Assembly: GCA_038893355.1 (NCBI GenBank) | Contig: JAWARQ010000003.1 | Location: 64,001 to 128,000, forward strand | DNA: 64,000 nt | Origin: Sulfolobaceae archaeon | GTDB taxonomy: Archaea > Thermoproteota > Thermoprotei_A > Sulfolobales > Sulfolobaceae | Direction of reading: 5' to 3' | Shown: positions 1 to 9,605 of the stretch, in pieces | How positions within the stretch are numbered: the stretch's first letter is position 1 | Layout: every line of letters starts with the position of its first letter | The notes under the pieces: generated by a model | What the model saw: only the letters and a program-made list of their open reading frames with translations | Databases searched by the model: none | Told to the model about the DNA's origin: nothing | Program-made: the position numbers and the translations under genes

Positions 1-192
1 AGAATTGAAGAAATGATTGTTAAAAATGGTAATGATATATCAGCATTACCAGCAGAGGTATTGGAAATTTTGCCATTACTTGCAGCATTATCGTTAATTG
101 ATTTAGCTCTACTTCAAAGTATAATCACGATTGCTGAATTAGATCTAGATAACGAAGTAACTGATGCTAATGTTGATGGAGGAGATTTCTAA
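1..192 (+). CDS. 3' end of a hypothetical protein (partial, runs off the window)
   Basis: Frame 1 is open from base 1 to TAA at 190-192 (RIEEMIVKNG...NVDGGDF). No family recognised. Confidence 0.5.
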   Translation, partial: RIEEMIVKNGNDISALPAEVLEILPLLAALSLIDLALLQSIITIAELDLDNEVTDANVDGGDF

Positions 193-305
193 CTTTTAAA
201 GCTTTATAACATAAATATTATTTTCTAATATTTATAGTTATTATATTCACAAATTAATATAAAAATTTGTAGGAAAAATGATAATATATTGGAAACTTAA
301 AATAA

Positions 306-394
306 TGGCGCCGGGGGTGGGATTCGAACCCACGCAGGGAATAATCCCTACTGGCTCTCAAGGCCAGCCCCTTAGTCCGCTCGGGCACCCCGGC
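306..394 (-). tRNA. tRNA-Ser(UGA), CCA encoded
   Basis: Reverse complement GCCGGGGTGCCCGAGCGGACTAAGGGGCTGGCCT-TGA-GAGCCAG...GGTTCGAATCCCACCCCCGGCGCCA forms a cloverleaf with a long variable arm and G73. Confidence 0.97.
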
Positions 395-419
395 AATAAT
401 AATTATTTACTAACCAGTT

Positions 420-983
420 TTAATCCTTAACGGCTATAAGTATAGAATAACCCTTAATCCTCTTTATCAACTCATAATTTCCGAAAAACTTTTTTAATAG
501 TTCTTTAGCATTTTCCTCACCCTTATAAACTACGATTTGGATAAAACCACCCTTCTCTAAATACTCATAAGATTGAATAACAAGCTTTTGTAAAAATTCT
601 TTACCTCTAGATAGTGGAGGATTAGAATAAACTGCCTTAAATTTAATCTTTGGAACCTTCTCGAAAATATCACTCTGAATTACAATAACTCTATCCTTAA
701 CCCCATTTATTTCAGCATTCCTCTTAGCTAGTTTTATAGCTAAAGGCTCTATATCAACCATGTAGACTATTAAGTTAGGATTTTTCTTAGCTAGAAAAAT
801 TCCTATTGGCCCATAACCACATCCGACATCAATTACATTAATATCTTTACCCTCTGGAATTTTGATGTTCTCTAAAAGAACTTTAGTCCCTAAATCTAGT
901 TTACTCTTAGAAAAGAGGCCTGATGAACTTTTCAGTACTAATGGTATCCCATCAATAACCTCTAGTATTAATTCTTCACTCAT
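420..983 (-). CDS. class I SAM-dependent methyltransferase, RsmC/MTS-like
   Basis: GLFS..LD.GT, DVGCGYG and NPP motifs. Confidence 0.85.
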   Translation of the reverse strand: MSEELILEVIDGIPLVLKSSSGLFSKSKLDLGTKVLLENIKIPEGKDINVIDVGCGYGPIGIFLAKKNPNLIVYMVDIEPLAIKLAKRNAEINGVKDRVIVIQSDIFEKVPKIKFKAVYSNPPLSRGKEFLQKLVIQSYEYLEKGGFIQIVVYKGEENAKELLKKFFGNYELIKRIKGYSILIAVKD

Positions 984-2008
984 TTCTACCTTTAGGATAT
1001 ACGTCCCTAGGCATTATAACCTTTTCAACTTTAGCTATCATACCTTTACTCATATTAGGAATTGAATTAGAATCGACTAACGCCTTTCCTAACGCTACAA
1101 TCTCCCCTTTTAAAGTGAGTATTGCTATAGTATCATTTGCTTTAAATTCTTGAAATGCAACTACACCTGGCACATATAAAGGTGCACCATGAGCTAGTGA
1201 ATTTACAGTAAAATCGTCTACTATTACCTTAGGGATTCCACAGCATGCATATTCCATTGGTAATAATATTCTTCTTAATTCACTCTCGTCCTTACAGTTT
1301 TTCCATAAATATAGTGCCTCAGAAAGTTCATGAAGCGTAACGAGATTTTTTGTCTCATCAAATATTCCAGTCCTTATTCTTCTTAATTCTCTCATATGTG
1401 CACCACAACCTAAGATTATACCAATATCATGACATATTTTCCTCATATAAGTTCCAGATTCTGAAGATATTTTAAGTAGATATAATCTTCCTGAGTTTTC
1501 TAATAGTTGAATATCATAAACTGTCTTGACCCTTAATCTTCTCTTAACAGAAGATCTTACCGGGGGTCTTTGATATATCTTTCCCTTAAACTGATTAATT
1601 ACCTCCATTACTTTCTCTACTGGTAATTCCTTATGAATTTCCATTAGACAAACATATTCCTTTATTGACTTTACGACCAGAGGCATTAATTTCGTAGCTT
1701 CCTCTAAGCCCATAGGTAGTACTCCTGAAACTTTAGGATTTCCCCGCCCATTTATTGGGCTCTAGGGTCCCACCATGTCCGACCTTATTTAAGCCAAACA
1801 TTTGCTTTACCCAAAATGCTACCTCATGACTTGTGGGACCTGGGGGCTTATCTAGGTTTATTATTGACCTTCTTATAAGAGATTCTATTCTTCTTTTATC
1901 TGGATATTCACCATATTTTTCAGAAGTTTCCTCGTCCTTCCTTATTATCCATTTGCTAACATAATTACAAAAATTATCAATATCATAAATAAAAGGGTAG
2001 AACTTCAT
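976..2008 (-). CDS. cbf5: H/ACA RNA-guided pseudouridine synthase Cbf5, two exons (2008-1762 and 1739-976)
   Basis: DKPPGPTSH and GHGGTL in exon 1; SGTYMR, LRRIRTG and PUA domain in exon 2. Removing 1740-1761 restores GTLDPKVSGVLP and a 336-aa frame. Confidence 0.95.
1740..1761 (-). other. 22-nt bulge-helix-bulge mRNA intron in cbf5
   Basis: GGA-CCCU-AG^A-GCCC-AAUAAAU-GGGC-GGGG-AA^A-UCC: 4-bp central helix with two 3-nt bulges, interrupting the catalytic Asp codon. Confidence 0.93.
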
Positions 2009-2299
2009 TTAGGTCACTGGTACTTTTAATTTTAATTCTTCCTTCATCCAGTCTAAAATACCCGCCTCTTGAAGCTTCCTCTCTACTTCCTCGTCACTAG
2101 CTCCTTTACTTATTTCAATCTTCTTATCTGTTGGTTCTATATGTAGAATATTTACTCTCCTTCTTTTAACACCATTTACTTTCTTAGGTCCAGTTATTAA
2201 GACAAAATTATCATCTATAATATCTACTATTACACACTTTTTACCAGCTTCCCTACCCCTTGTCTTAATGCATATCCTGCCTATCTCGATAACTGGCAT
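2009..2299 (-). CDS. rpl14e: 50S ribosomal protein L14e
   Basis: [32 protein letters not shown]; ATG at 2299 gives 96 aa. Confidence 0.95.
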   Translation of the reverse strand: MPVIEIGRICIKTRGREAGKKCVIVDIIDDNFVLITGPKKVNGVKRRRVNILHIEPTDKKIEISKGASDEEVERKLQEAGILDWMKEELKLKVPVT

Positions 2300-2384
2300 A
2301 ATTATCAATACATCAACTTTTCTGAAACTTATAAAGCTTATACTAGACGTAAATCATATATTTGCTTTAAGAGAAGTAAATATT

Positions 2385-2660
2385 ATGAAGTTAATAACGC
2401 TCGGAATAGTATTAACACTTTTAGGATTTCTATTGATTATATTATCTTCCATATCCTTAATTCAAATAAGTAGCAGCGGTAGTAATATACAGTATGGTGG
2501 GGTAATATTAATTGGGCCTTTGCCTATATTTTTTGGAAATATTCCTAATGGGGATATTTCTAGTTTAATAACATTTGGAATAGTATTAACAATAATTTCG
2601 ATATTATTATATATAATTTCGATACTGCTGATCAGAGGAAGGCAACAACAACGTTGGTAA
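2385..2660 (+). CDS. DUF131/TIGR00304-like small membrane protein
   Basis: Two TM segments around GGVILIGPLPIFFG. ATG 2385 preferred over the start overlapping rpl14e. Confidence 0.8.
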   Translation: MKLITLGIVLTLLGFLLIILSSISLIQISSSGSNIQYGGVILIGPLPIFFGNIPNGDISSLITFGIVLTIISILLYIISILLIRGRQQQRW

Positions 2661-2692
2661 TCTTTATTTAAGTAGAATTTTTCTTAGTAAAT

Positions 2693-4006
2693 ATGAGCTA
2701 TACTAGCAAAGCTAAATCTCTGTTTATGGAAACAGGTACGAGATTTCCCAGAAGAATAATATGGGCTATGGGATTGATAAAGTATGCATGCGCAAGGGCA
2801 AACTTAGAATTAGGATTATTAGATGAAAGTATTGCAAAAGGAATAATCCAAGCCTCTAAGGAACTAATGGATGGTAAGTATGATAGTGAGATAGTACTAG
2901 ATGTTTTTCAAACAGGATCTGGTACTGGATTAAATATGAACGTAAATGAAGTAATAGCAGCTAGAGCTACAGAAATCGTAGGAAAGAAGGTTCATCCTAA
3001 CGATCATGTAAATATGAGCCAATCTTCGAATGATGTAGTGCCTACAGCAATAAGAGTAGCTAGTGTCGCTGAAGTAAATGAGAATTTAATAAGAGCGTTG
3101 GATGCTTTTATTAAAATACTTCAAGAAAAATCTGAAGAATATAAAGATTTAGTGAAGGCAGGAAGAACGCACTTAAGAGATGCATTACCAGTTACATTAG
3201 GCCAGGAATTAGGAGCTTATGCTGATAGTTTTATTCATAATTATGAATATTTACTAAAAATTCTCGAATATGTAAAAGAATTACCTATAGGAGGAACTGC
3301 AGTAGGTACTGGATTAAATTCGCATCCAGAATTTAGACAGAGAGTAATTAACATTATAAATATAGAAACTGGTTTAGGATTTAAGGCTGCTAATACTTTC
3401 AGAGCAATGAGACTTCTAACTGATTTATTACTACTTTCGAGTATTATGAGGAATATTTCGGTAGAATTATATAGATTAGCACAAGATATAAGGCTCATGT
3501 TTTCTGGACCTTTTACTGGTTTAAATGAAATAGATCTTCCAACTCAAGAAGAAATTGCTGGTAGCTCAATAATGCCGGGAAAGACGAATCCAGTGACTGT
3601 AGAGGCTACATTACTTATTGTATCTCAAGTATTAGGATTAGATTATGCTAATCAAATTGCATCTACTCTTGGAGAGTTTGAGCTATCAATGGGTATTCCT
3701 TTAGTTGGATATAATATAATTACTCAAATATCTCTACTATCAGAGGCATTAAGGAAATTCTCAAGTCTTGTAATAAAGGGAATGAAACCAAATGTAGAAG
3801 TAATGAGGAAATATGCAGAAAGTTCTCCTGCTCTAATAACCGTCGTATCGCCTAAAATAGGCTATGACAAGGCTTCGGAATTGGGTAAGAAGATAGCAAA
3901 GGGATTATCAATACGAGAGGCATTGAGGGAATTAGGATTTTCAGAGGAAGAAATAAATAAAATATTAGACTTTAAGATCTTAACTAAACCAGGTATATTG
4001 AAATAG
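2693..4006 (+). CDS. fumC: class II fumarate hydratase
   Basis: [31 protein letters not shown] and [11 protein letters not shown] motifs. Confidence 0.93.
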   Translation: MSYTSKAKSLFMETGTRFPRRIIWAMGLIKYACARANLELGLLDESIAKGIIQASKELMDGKYDSEIVLDVFQTGSGTGLNMNVNEVIAARATEIVGKKVHPNDHVNMSQSSNDVVPTAIRVASVAEVNENLIRALDAFIKILQEKSEEYKDLVKAGRTHLRDALPVTLGQELGAYADSFIHNYEYLLKILEYVKELPIGGTAVGTGLNSHPEFRQRVINIINIETGLGFKAANTFRAMRLLTDLLLLSSIMRNISVELYRLAQDIRLMFSGPFTGLNEIDLPTQEEIAGSSIMPGKTNPVTVEATLLIVSQVLGLDYANQIASTLGEFELSMGIPLVGYNIITQISLLSEALRKFSSLVIKGMKPNVEVMRKYAESSPALITVVSPKIGYDKASELGKKIAKGLSIREALRELGFSEEEINKILDFKILTKPGILK

Positions 4007-4125
4007 ACAAATGTATATAAATATACACTTCTTACTGAACAAATGTAAAGTAATATATAGATTAACATGTTTAATTATATAACTTTTTAAGTTTGAATTA
4101 CGTAATAGGTATAGGTGAATTAGGA

Positions 4126-4506
4126 ATGAATATAAAAATAAATCTTCCAGATGGAAGGGAAACTACAATAGATGAAATTATTCAATTCCTATACAACCTA
4201 TCCAAGACTGATATAGATGTATTAAACGTGCTAGCAAGTTCTGGAAAACCAATAACTACAGAAGAAATTGCAGAAAAACTAAATGTTACTAAGGCATCTG
4301 TAAGTAAGGCTCTAAATAACTTAATTTATAAAGGTCTAGTTCAAAGGAGAAAGGCTATATCTGAAGAGAAAAAGAAGGGAAGACCTAATTATGAGTACTG
4401 GATAGTTAAGGAAGAACTATTAGAGAAGATAAAGAAAGACTTAGAAAATATACTTAATCAGATTAAAAGCGAAATAGCTGCTGAGGCTAAAGCTATAAGT
4501 GCATAA
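4126..4506 (+). CDS. winged-helix transcription regulator (TrmB/MarR-like)
   Basis: EEIAEKLNVTKASVSKALNNL...GRP.Y; GGTGA SD-like motif upstream of ATG 4126. Confidence 0.8.
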   Translation: MNIKINLPDGRETTIDEIIQFLYNLSKTDIDVLNVLASSGKPITTEEIAEKLNVTKASVSKALNNLIYKGLVQRRKAISEEKKKGRPNYEYWIVKEELLEKIKKDLENILNQIKSEIAAEAKAISA

Positions 4507-4509
4507 AAG

Positions 4510-4785
4510 CTATTGATTCTGTTTTTGTTCAGTCTTATCCTCTTTTTTCTTTTTTAGTCTTATCCTCTTTATCTCAATCTTTACTACTACCTTTTCGTTT
4601 TTACATTCAGTAATATATGTATCATCTTTAGTTGTTAAATTTCCACAGCTAAGATCATACTTTAATTTTAATTCTTTTATAAACTTTCTAGCATTAACCA
4701 AATGTCTAAAGTTTCTAGTAATTATTTCTTCCTTACCACCTTGATTTATTATACTCGCCTTAAACTCATACTTTACTACCTTCAT
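4510..4785 (-). CDS. hypothetical basic protein
   Basis: 91-aa ORF fills the gap; TTTAAG TATA-like box about 25 nt upstream. Confidence 0.65.
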   Translation of the reverse strand: MKVVKYEFKASIINQGGKEEIITRNFRHLVNARKFIKELKLKYDLSCGNLTTKDDTYITECKNEKVVVKIEIKRIRLKKKKEDKTEQKQNQ

Positions 4786-4823
4786 TAAGCTTAAAGTAAT
4801 ATGAAAAAACTTAAATCTATTCC

Positions 4824-5798
4824 CTACCTTACCTCGGAGAAAGCTAATTTATATATTAATTGAACTCTCCTTGCAGGATGGGGGTGTGTCATTAGAACAT
4901 CAGCAAATGGTGATACATTTTGATTTAACCATTTATTTAACAACTCATTAGGATCAGTTTCTCTTATCTTCATAGGTGGTACAGTAAGTATTATTCCAGT
5001 AAATGGATCAACTCTAACATTTTGCATATAAATTTGAATTTTAGCCAACGCAGTTGCAAGATTCCATGCCTGTGATTTAAATAATGTCACTGCATGATAA
5101 TCAGCATACGACTCTCTAAGCCTATTAAACCATAATACAAATATATTTATAAGAATTGTAAGGGCGAGTAATAAGAATCCTACAGCAATCATTATTATTC
5201 CTAATAGTAAGGCGTATTCATCTACAGCGAAAAGTAATGCTATCCATCCAAAATTAAGGAGTAGATTACTGATAAAACCTAGGGCTGATGGTATTAGTCC
5301 AATAGCCATTCCTATCTCTACATCAAAATGTTTAATATGACCTATCTCATGTGCAATTACAGCCTTCAATTCCTCATCAGTTAATATATTTAATAGAGGC
5401 CTAGTTATTGCAACTCTTTTTCCAGTAATATAGTTTCCATAGGCAAAAGCATTAGGAAACGGGTCATCTGATATGAAAACTCTAGGAGGTTTTATCTTAG
5501 ACTTCTCAGCTATCTCCTTAACTATATTATAAACCCAACCATATGCTACATCGTTTGGACCTATTTCAGTCGCCCTCCTACCTACTAAGTAAGGTCCTAA
5601 TATCCACTGTACTAACCAAAATAACGGTAAGAGGATATAGATTAGAATAAAGGGGAGATTAAAGAATGATAGTAAGAAGTAAGTTATTATACCCTCAGCT
5701 ACAGCTGCTAGTATTCCTGCAATAATCATCTCAAGTTTTATTAATGTAGACAGTGCCACGAGTAAAATAAGCTGAATAAAAATAAATCTATTTTCCAC
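4824..5798 (-). CDS. htpX: HtpX-like M48 zinc metalloprotease (start uncertain)
   Basis: PNAFA, HEIGH, RESYAD and THP motifs plus TM helices. Confidence 0.88.
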   Translation of the reverse strand: MENRFIFIQLILLVALSTLIKLEMIIAGILAAVAEGIITYFLLSFFNLPFILIYILLPLFWLVQWILGPYLVGRRATEIGPNDVAYGWVYNIVKEIAEKSKIKPPRVFISDDPFPNAFAYGNYITGKRVAITRPLLNILTDEELKAVIAHEIGHIKHFDVEIGMAIGLIPSALGFISNLLLNFGWIALLFAVDEYALLLGIIMIAVGFLLLALTILINIFVLWFNRLRESYADYHAVTLFKSQAWNLATALAKIQIYMQNVRVDPFTGIILTVPPMKIRETDPNELLNKWLNQNVSPFADVLMTHPHPARRVQLIYKLAFSEVR

Positions 5799-6309
5799 CT
5801 AAAATGCTCCTTATCTTGTCCAAATCGCTTTTAATCTTCTCATATTCACTTTTAATCCTATTTAACTCCTCCTTTAATCTAGCATTTTCTTCTTCCAACT
5901 TCTTTAATTCTTCACTACTTAAAGCCTTACATTCCTCTTGAGTATAATATCTAGTTATTCTGATATTATCGAATTTCAACTTCTTTTCTTTTTCATCGTA
6001 AAATACATCTACCATTATCCTTATCACATCTAACTTACCAACTTTCATCTTATTTACGAGCTCGTCATATAATTTAGAATTCAATTCGCCGATATCCCTT
6101 ACTATTATCTCTTTTGGCACGATTTTACCTAATGCCACAAATGCAACTCTTCGCAATTTATCTGCATACCTTGCAGCTATTATTAGACCAGTACTTAATT
6201 CGTATTTATTCCCACTAATTGCAGTAGCTCGAGCAGTTAATTGCTGATATTCTTCTGCCCTCTCCATATCACGTGAAATGTCTTCTTCCTCAGTACTCCA
6301 GCTACTCAT
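5788..6309 (-). CDS. DUF2258 / ThermoDBP-related nucleic-acid-binding protein
   Basis: LSTGLIIAARYADKLRR motif and C-terminal coiled coil. Confidence 0.8.
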   Translation of the reverse strand: MSSWSTEEEDISRDMERAEEYQQLTARATAISGNKYELSTGLIIAARYADKLRRVAFVALGKIVPKEIIVRDIGELNSKLYDELVNKMKVGKLDVIRIMVDVFYDEKEKKLKFDNIRITRYYTQEECKALSSEELKKLEEENARLKEELNRIKSEYEKIKSDLDKIRSILGGK

Positions 6310-6349
6310 AAAATATATAAATACTTAAATAACTTATATACTTTTTCCC

Positions 6350-7099
6350 CTATAAAGATTCTTCTTTACCATCAAGATACTTAATATAAAACCTCCCATT
6401 CTTATAATCAATACTCATAACCCTCTTATCATAAAAATTAAATAATTCTGGAAAGTTAATTTTTAGTGTATCTGAAAGAATTTTCGATATTTGTTCTATA
6501 ATATGCAGACCTATTCTCTCTCTATTTTTACGGGAATTTGAAATAAACTCGAATAAATTACAAACCTCTCCTAAATTTTGGATTCTACAAATCTCGATAA
6601 CATCTTTATCTCTTAATGGAATAATATTCAAATTTTCAACACTTATAAACCTTATTAATGCTCTAACTGTCTTATAAAAATTATTTAGTTCACTTATTTC
6701 ATCCCCCCTTAATAATGCATTTATCCCCAAAACATAATAAGATATAATGTTATTTTTTAATATAATTTTAGTTCTTTCAGTAATTTGGAATTCAAATTTA
6801 GGTAATTCACCACATACTAGTTTAGAATCATAAAGGATGTAATAACAAATAACTTCACCTTGTTGACAAAGCAGCTTTAACTCAAAATCTGCTAAGACTA
6901 CAGGAGAGCACCCGGAGCTCGCCAATTCTAATAGGTATTTATTTTTCATATTATGATTTTTTAACACTACGAAAACGTTTATATCAGAAATCCCTTCAAC
7001 ATAGTCCTCTTTAGAAGTATAAGATCCAAAATAGCCTATACACTGTACAATCGAATCACAACCTAATGATATATTCTCACACATGGAGTAATACACCAT
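6350..7099 (-). CDS. Pol-beta-superfamily nucleotidyltransferase-like protein (start may be 7084)
   Basis: FGS...SDIN.F motif followed by a helical C-terminal domain. Confidence 0.6.
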   Translation of the reverse strand: MVYYSMCENISLGCDSIVQCIGYFGSYTSKEDYVEGISDINVFVVLKNHNMKNKYLLELASSGCSPVVLADFELKLLCQQGEVICYYILYDSKLVCGELPKFEFQITERTKIILKNNIISYYVLGINALLRGDEISELNNFYKTVRALIRFISVENLNIIPLRDKDVIEICRIQNLGEVCNLFEFISNSRKNRERIGLHIIEQISKILSDTLKINFPELFNFYDKRVMSIDYKNGRFYIKYLDGKEESL

Positions 7100-7293
7100 C
7101 TTAAAGCTTACTTTCCATTTACCGTTTTCCTTACACTTTTGATTTGCATCTCTAAGCCCTTCGGTTCTTCTGTTATAACCTAAACTACTATTAGAGATCG
7201 TCTTCTATAAGGAAATTTATATAACAAACATAAAAAGATTTTTGTTAACGTAGAAAGTTAGTAAGAACTGTAAGTAACTAGATTTTTAGTCTT

Positions 7294-7503
7294 AGGGGTT
7301 TGGGCTTCATCGAATTTTCATGAATTTATATCTAACTCTCAGCCCTTGGACTTCACCGAAGTCACGGGGCATTGCCCCTTTCATCCCTCTCCATCCCCTT
7401 AGCGGGATGACCCCAAACCCACATCCGCAGAATATCGCGGATGTGGAGAACCCGCATATCTTGTGTAACGTCTTGCTATTTTTCGGGAAAGTGTGTCCAC
7501 ATC
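7294..7503 (-). mobile_element. IS200/IS605-type tnpB 3'-end remnant (omega/reRNA-like structured region)
   Basis: GC-rich island with at least five hairpins. Translation across two frameshifts gives CGF-HIRDILRMWV-GVIPLRGWRGM...PRDFGEVQGLR, which resembles Sulfolobales TnpB C-termini as I recall them. Confidence 0.7.
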
Positions 7504-7518
7504 TGATAACAAGCTTTT

Positions 7519-7534
7519 TAATAAATACTTTTCT
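7519..7534 (-). promoter_or_regulatory. BRE-TATA promoter candidate upstream of the tnpB remnant
   Basis: GAAAAG-TATTTATTA on the minus strand just upstream of the structured region. Confidence 0.5.
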
Positions 7535-7764
7535 CATATAAGATAATATAGACTTTACAATTTATCGGAAACTACTGACAACGACGAGTCTTCAAAATCC
7601 AAATTTGCTAAAAACTAAAACTTAGTATAAGTGACGTTTTAAACTTTCTTATAAAGAAATTTAAGTCTATCGTAAAGCATGAGGCTCCATCTATAACTTA
7701 ATTTTCGTAAATTCGTCTATCGTCTTATTTATAAGTTAAAAGTTAAATATATTCCTCATTAATT

Positions 7765-8466
7765 ATGAATGAGATTAAAGAGGCTATCGAGAAGAACGAT
7801 ATTCAGACTTTAATCAAGTATAAAAAGAAGTTACTTTCAATGCTTAAAAGTCCGAATGCTGAAATAAGAAAGTTAGGATGGACTGGGGTAAGGTATATAG
7901 TTGAAACTGGAAATTCTGTTAAACTCGAGAGTAATAAAGGTTACTTAAGATCGTTATTATGGCACAAATTACAAGGAATAAGAGATGATGCATGGAGAAA
8001 TTTAGATATATATAAAGAGCTTTTAGTTGAAGGAATTGAAAGGACTCTTACAGCAAGTTCTGATAGGATAAAATGGCCTGCATGGAGTAATGTATTAAAG
8101 TTGATAGATTTAAACTTAGTTCCAAGGGATTACGTAATTAAGGTTAGGAATTCTTTTTGGAGATTATTAAGGAGTAGGTATGGCACAATTAGAAAGAAGG
8201 CGTGGAGGTTGTTTGTAGAATTAGTTAAGAGTGGGATATTCTCTACGAAAGATAAATATAGATTTTTTGACTTTCTAAAACATTCAAGACCTAAGGTAAG
8301 GCTATATGCATGGTCTTCTGTTCCTAAACTTTTAGAACTTAACTTTTTAACAAAAGATGATATTAAAAACAATTTGAAATATTTACAAGAAATGTGTGAA
8401 ATGAAGGGAAGTGTTGGAAATAGAGCTAAAAATATTTTAGAAGTTATTAAGAAGCTTATAGAATGA
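7765..8466 (+). CDS. basic HEAT-repeat-like protein
   Basis: Five L...IR..AW-type repeats; 4-nt ATGA overlap with the next gene. Confidence 0.7.
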   Translation: MNEIKEAIEKNDIQTLIKYKKKLLSMLKSPNAEIRKLGWTGVRYIVETGNSVKLESNKGYLRSLLWHKLQGIRDDAWRNLDIYKELLVEGIERTLTASSDRIKWPAWSNVLKLIDLNLVPRDYVIKVRNSFWRLLRSRYGTIRKKAWRLFVELVKSGIFSTKDKYRFFDFLKHSRPKVRLYAWSSVPKLLELNFLTKDDIKNNLKYLQEMCEMKGSVGNRAKNILEVIKKLIE

Positions 8467-9569
8467 GAGTAGGTATAATAGGTGCGGGAATTACAGGCTT
8501 ATTTATTGCCTACTACCTAAAAAGGGAAGGAATAAAGGAAATAACGATATTCGAAAAAGGAAAAGTAGGAGAGGGTTCAGTTCATGCAGCAGGATTAATT
8601 GAACCATTTAGATTTGATAAGATAAATTCAAATTCGATGATCATTAAAATGATTAAATATTCATTAAATGGTAATACTCTGATTAAGGAGTTTGATAAAA
8701 AGTGGTTGGAAGAATTAATAAAATCTCTAAATAAAGATCCACCATTAGATGCATGGGAAAGGGTAAATTGGATGGCTAGATTCTCATTGAGGGAATATAA
8801 AAGATTTGCTGAAGAGAAAAACGATTTTGATTATTCAGAATCGGGAATTGCTGAAGTTTATAAGAGTTATGCAGAATTGGAGAGGGGAATAGAAGAAGAA
8901 GAGAAGAGTCCATTTAAACCTAAATTCGAGATAGTTGAAATTAAGGGATTTGCGGGTGGAATATATTTCCCAGAACTGGCTAAACTTAATACAGAAAAGT
9001 TTATAAATAGAATAAAAACTGAATTAAATAATAATATTAATATTATAAATAAAACAGTAGTAAATGTTACAAGGGAAGGAAAGGTTCATATAGAAGATGG
9101 AAAAATCTATGAATTTGACGAGATTGTAGTATCTGCAGGGATATGGTGTAGGAGATACGTACCAGTAACATCCTTTAAAGGATATGGCATCTATGTAAAA
9201 GGTAGTGAAATTAAACTAGATTATCCAGTAGTACTTGCTGAGTTAGGAATAGCAATTGTGAAAAACTCTGACCATGTTAAACTAACTTTTGGATTTGATG
9301 CTGATTTTTCCACTAAAATCAGAGATTATAGTTACGTTTTAAAAAATTCCTCAAAACTAGTTAAAATTGAAGAAATCTTAGAGATAAAACTTGGATTTAG
9401 ACCTTGTTCACCAGACGGATTCCCTATTATAGCTAAGAAAGAAAATATGACTATCGCAACTGGTGCATGTAGATTGGGCTGGAGCTTTGCCCCAGCAATA
9501 GGTAAGATGGCTACGGATTTGGTACTAAATAGAGTAAAGGATTATGGATATCTATCTAGATATTTTTGA
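8463..9569 (+). CDS. FAD-dependent oxidoreductase, DAO/D-amino acid dehydrogenase family
   Basis: GAGITG, GFRP..PDG.P and G.S.APA.G motifs. Confidence 0.88.
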   Translation: MRVGIIGAGITGLFIAYYLKREGIKEITIFEKGKVGEGSVHAAGLIEPFRFDKINSNSMIIKMIKYSLNGNTLIKEFDKKWLEELIKSLNKDPPLDAWERVNWMARFSLREYKRFAEEKNDFDYSESGIAEVYKSYAELERGIEEEEKSPFKPKFEIVEIKGFAGGIYFPELAKLNTEKFINRIKTELNNNINIINKTVVNVTREGKVHIEDGKIYEFDEIVVSAGIWCRRYVPVTSFKGYGIYVKGSEIKLDYPVVLAELGIAIVKNSDHVKLTFGFDADFSTKIRDYSYVLKNSSKLVKIEEILEIKLGFRPCSPDGFPIIAKKENMTIATGACRLGWSFAPAIGKMATDLVLNRVKDYGYLSRYF

Positions 9570-9605
9570 TTAAATGTTAATACTTCATAAACATTAATAA
9601 CTAAT

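Noticed and set aside
1733-2008. 91-aa ORF as an independent gene, or cbf5 as a frameshifted pseudogene
   Set aside because: Fully explained by the 22-nt BHB intron.
7109-7180. Short minus-strand peptide VITEEPKGL as a second TnpB fragment
   Set aside because: Too short and degenerate to support.
7294-7503. RNase P or SRP RNA
   Set aside because: No GAGGAAAGUCC or AACAGAA P4 motifs and no SRP helix 8 motif; the TnpB-like translation fits better.
7307-7541. Overlapping 76-aa (-) and 73-aa (+) ORFs as functional proteins
   Set aside because: They span the frameshifted tnpB remnant, lack RuvC residues, and the minus-strand ORF runs through the promoter-like motif.
7278-7625. Imperfect inverted repeats flanking the remnant (MITE ends)
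   Set aside because: Low-complexity A/T match with mismatches and no target-site duplication.
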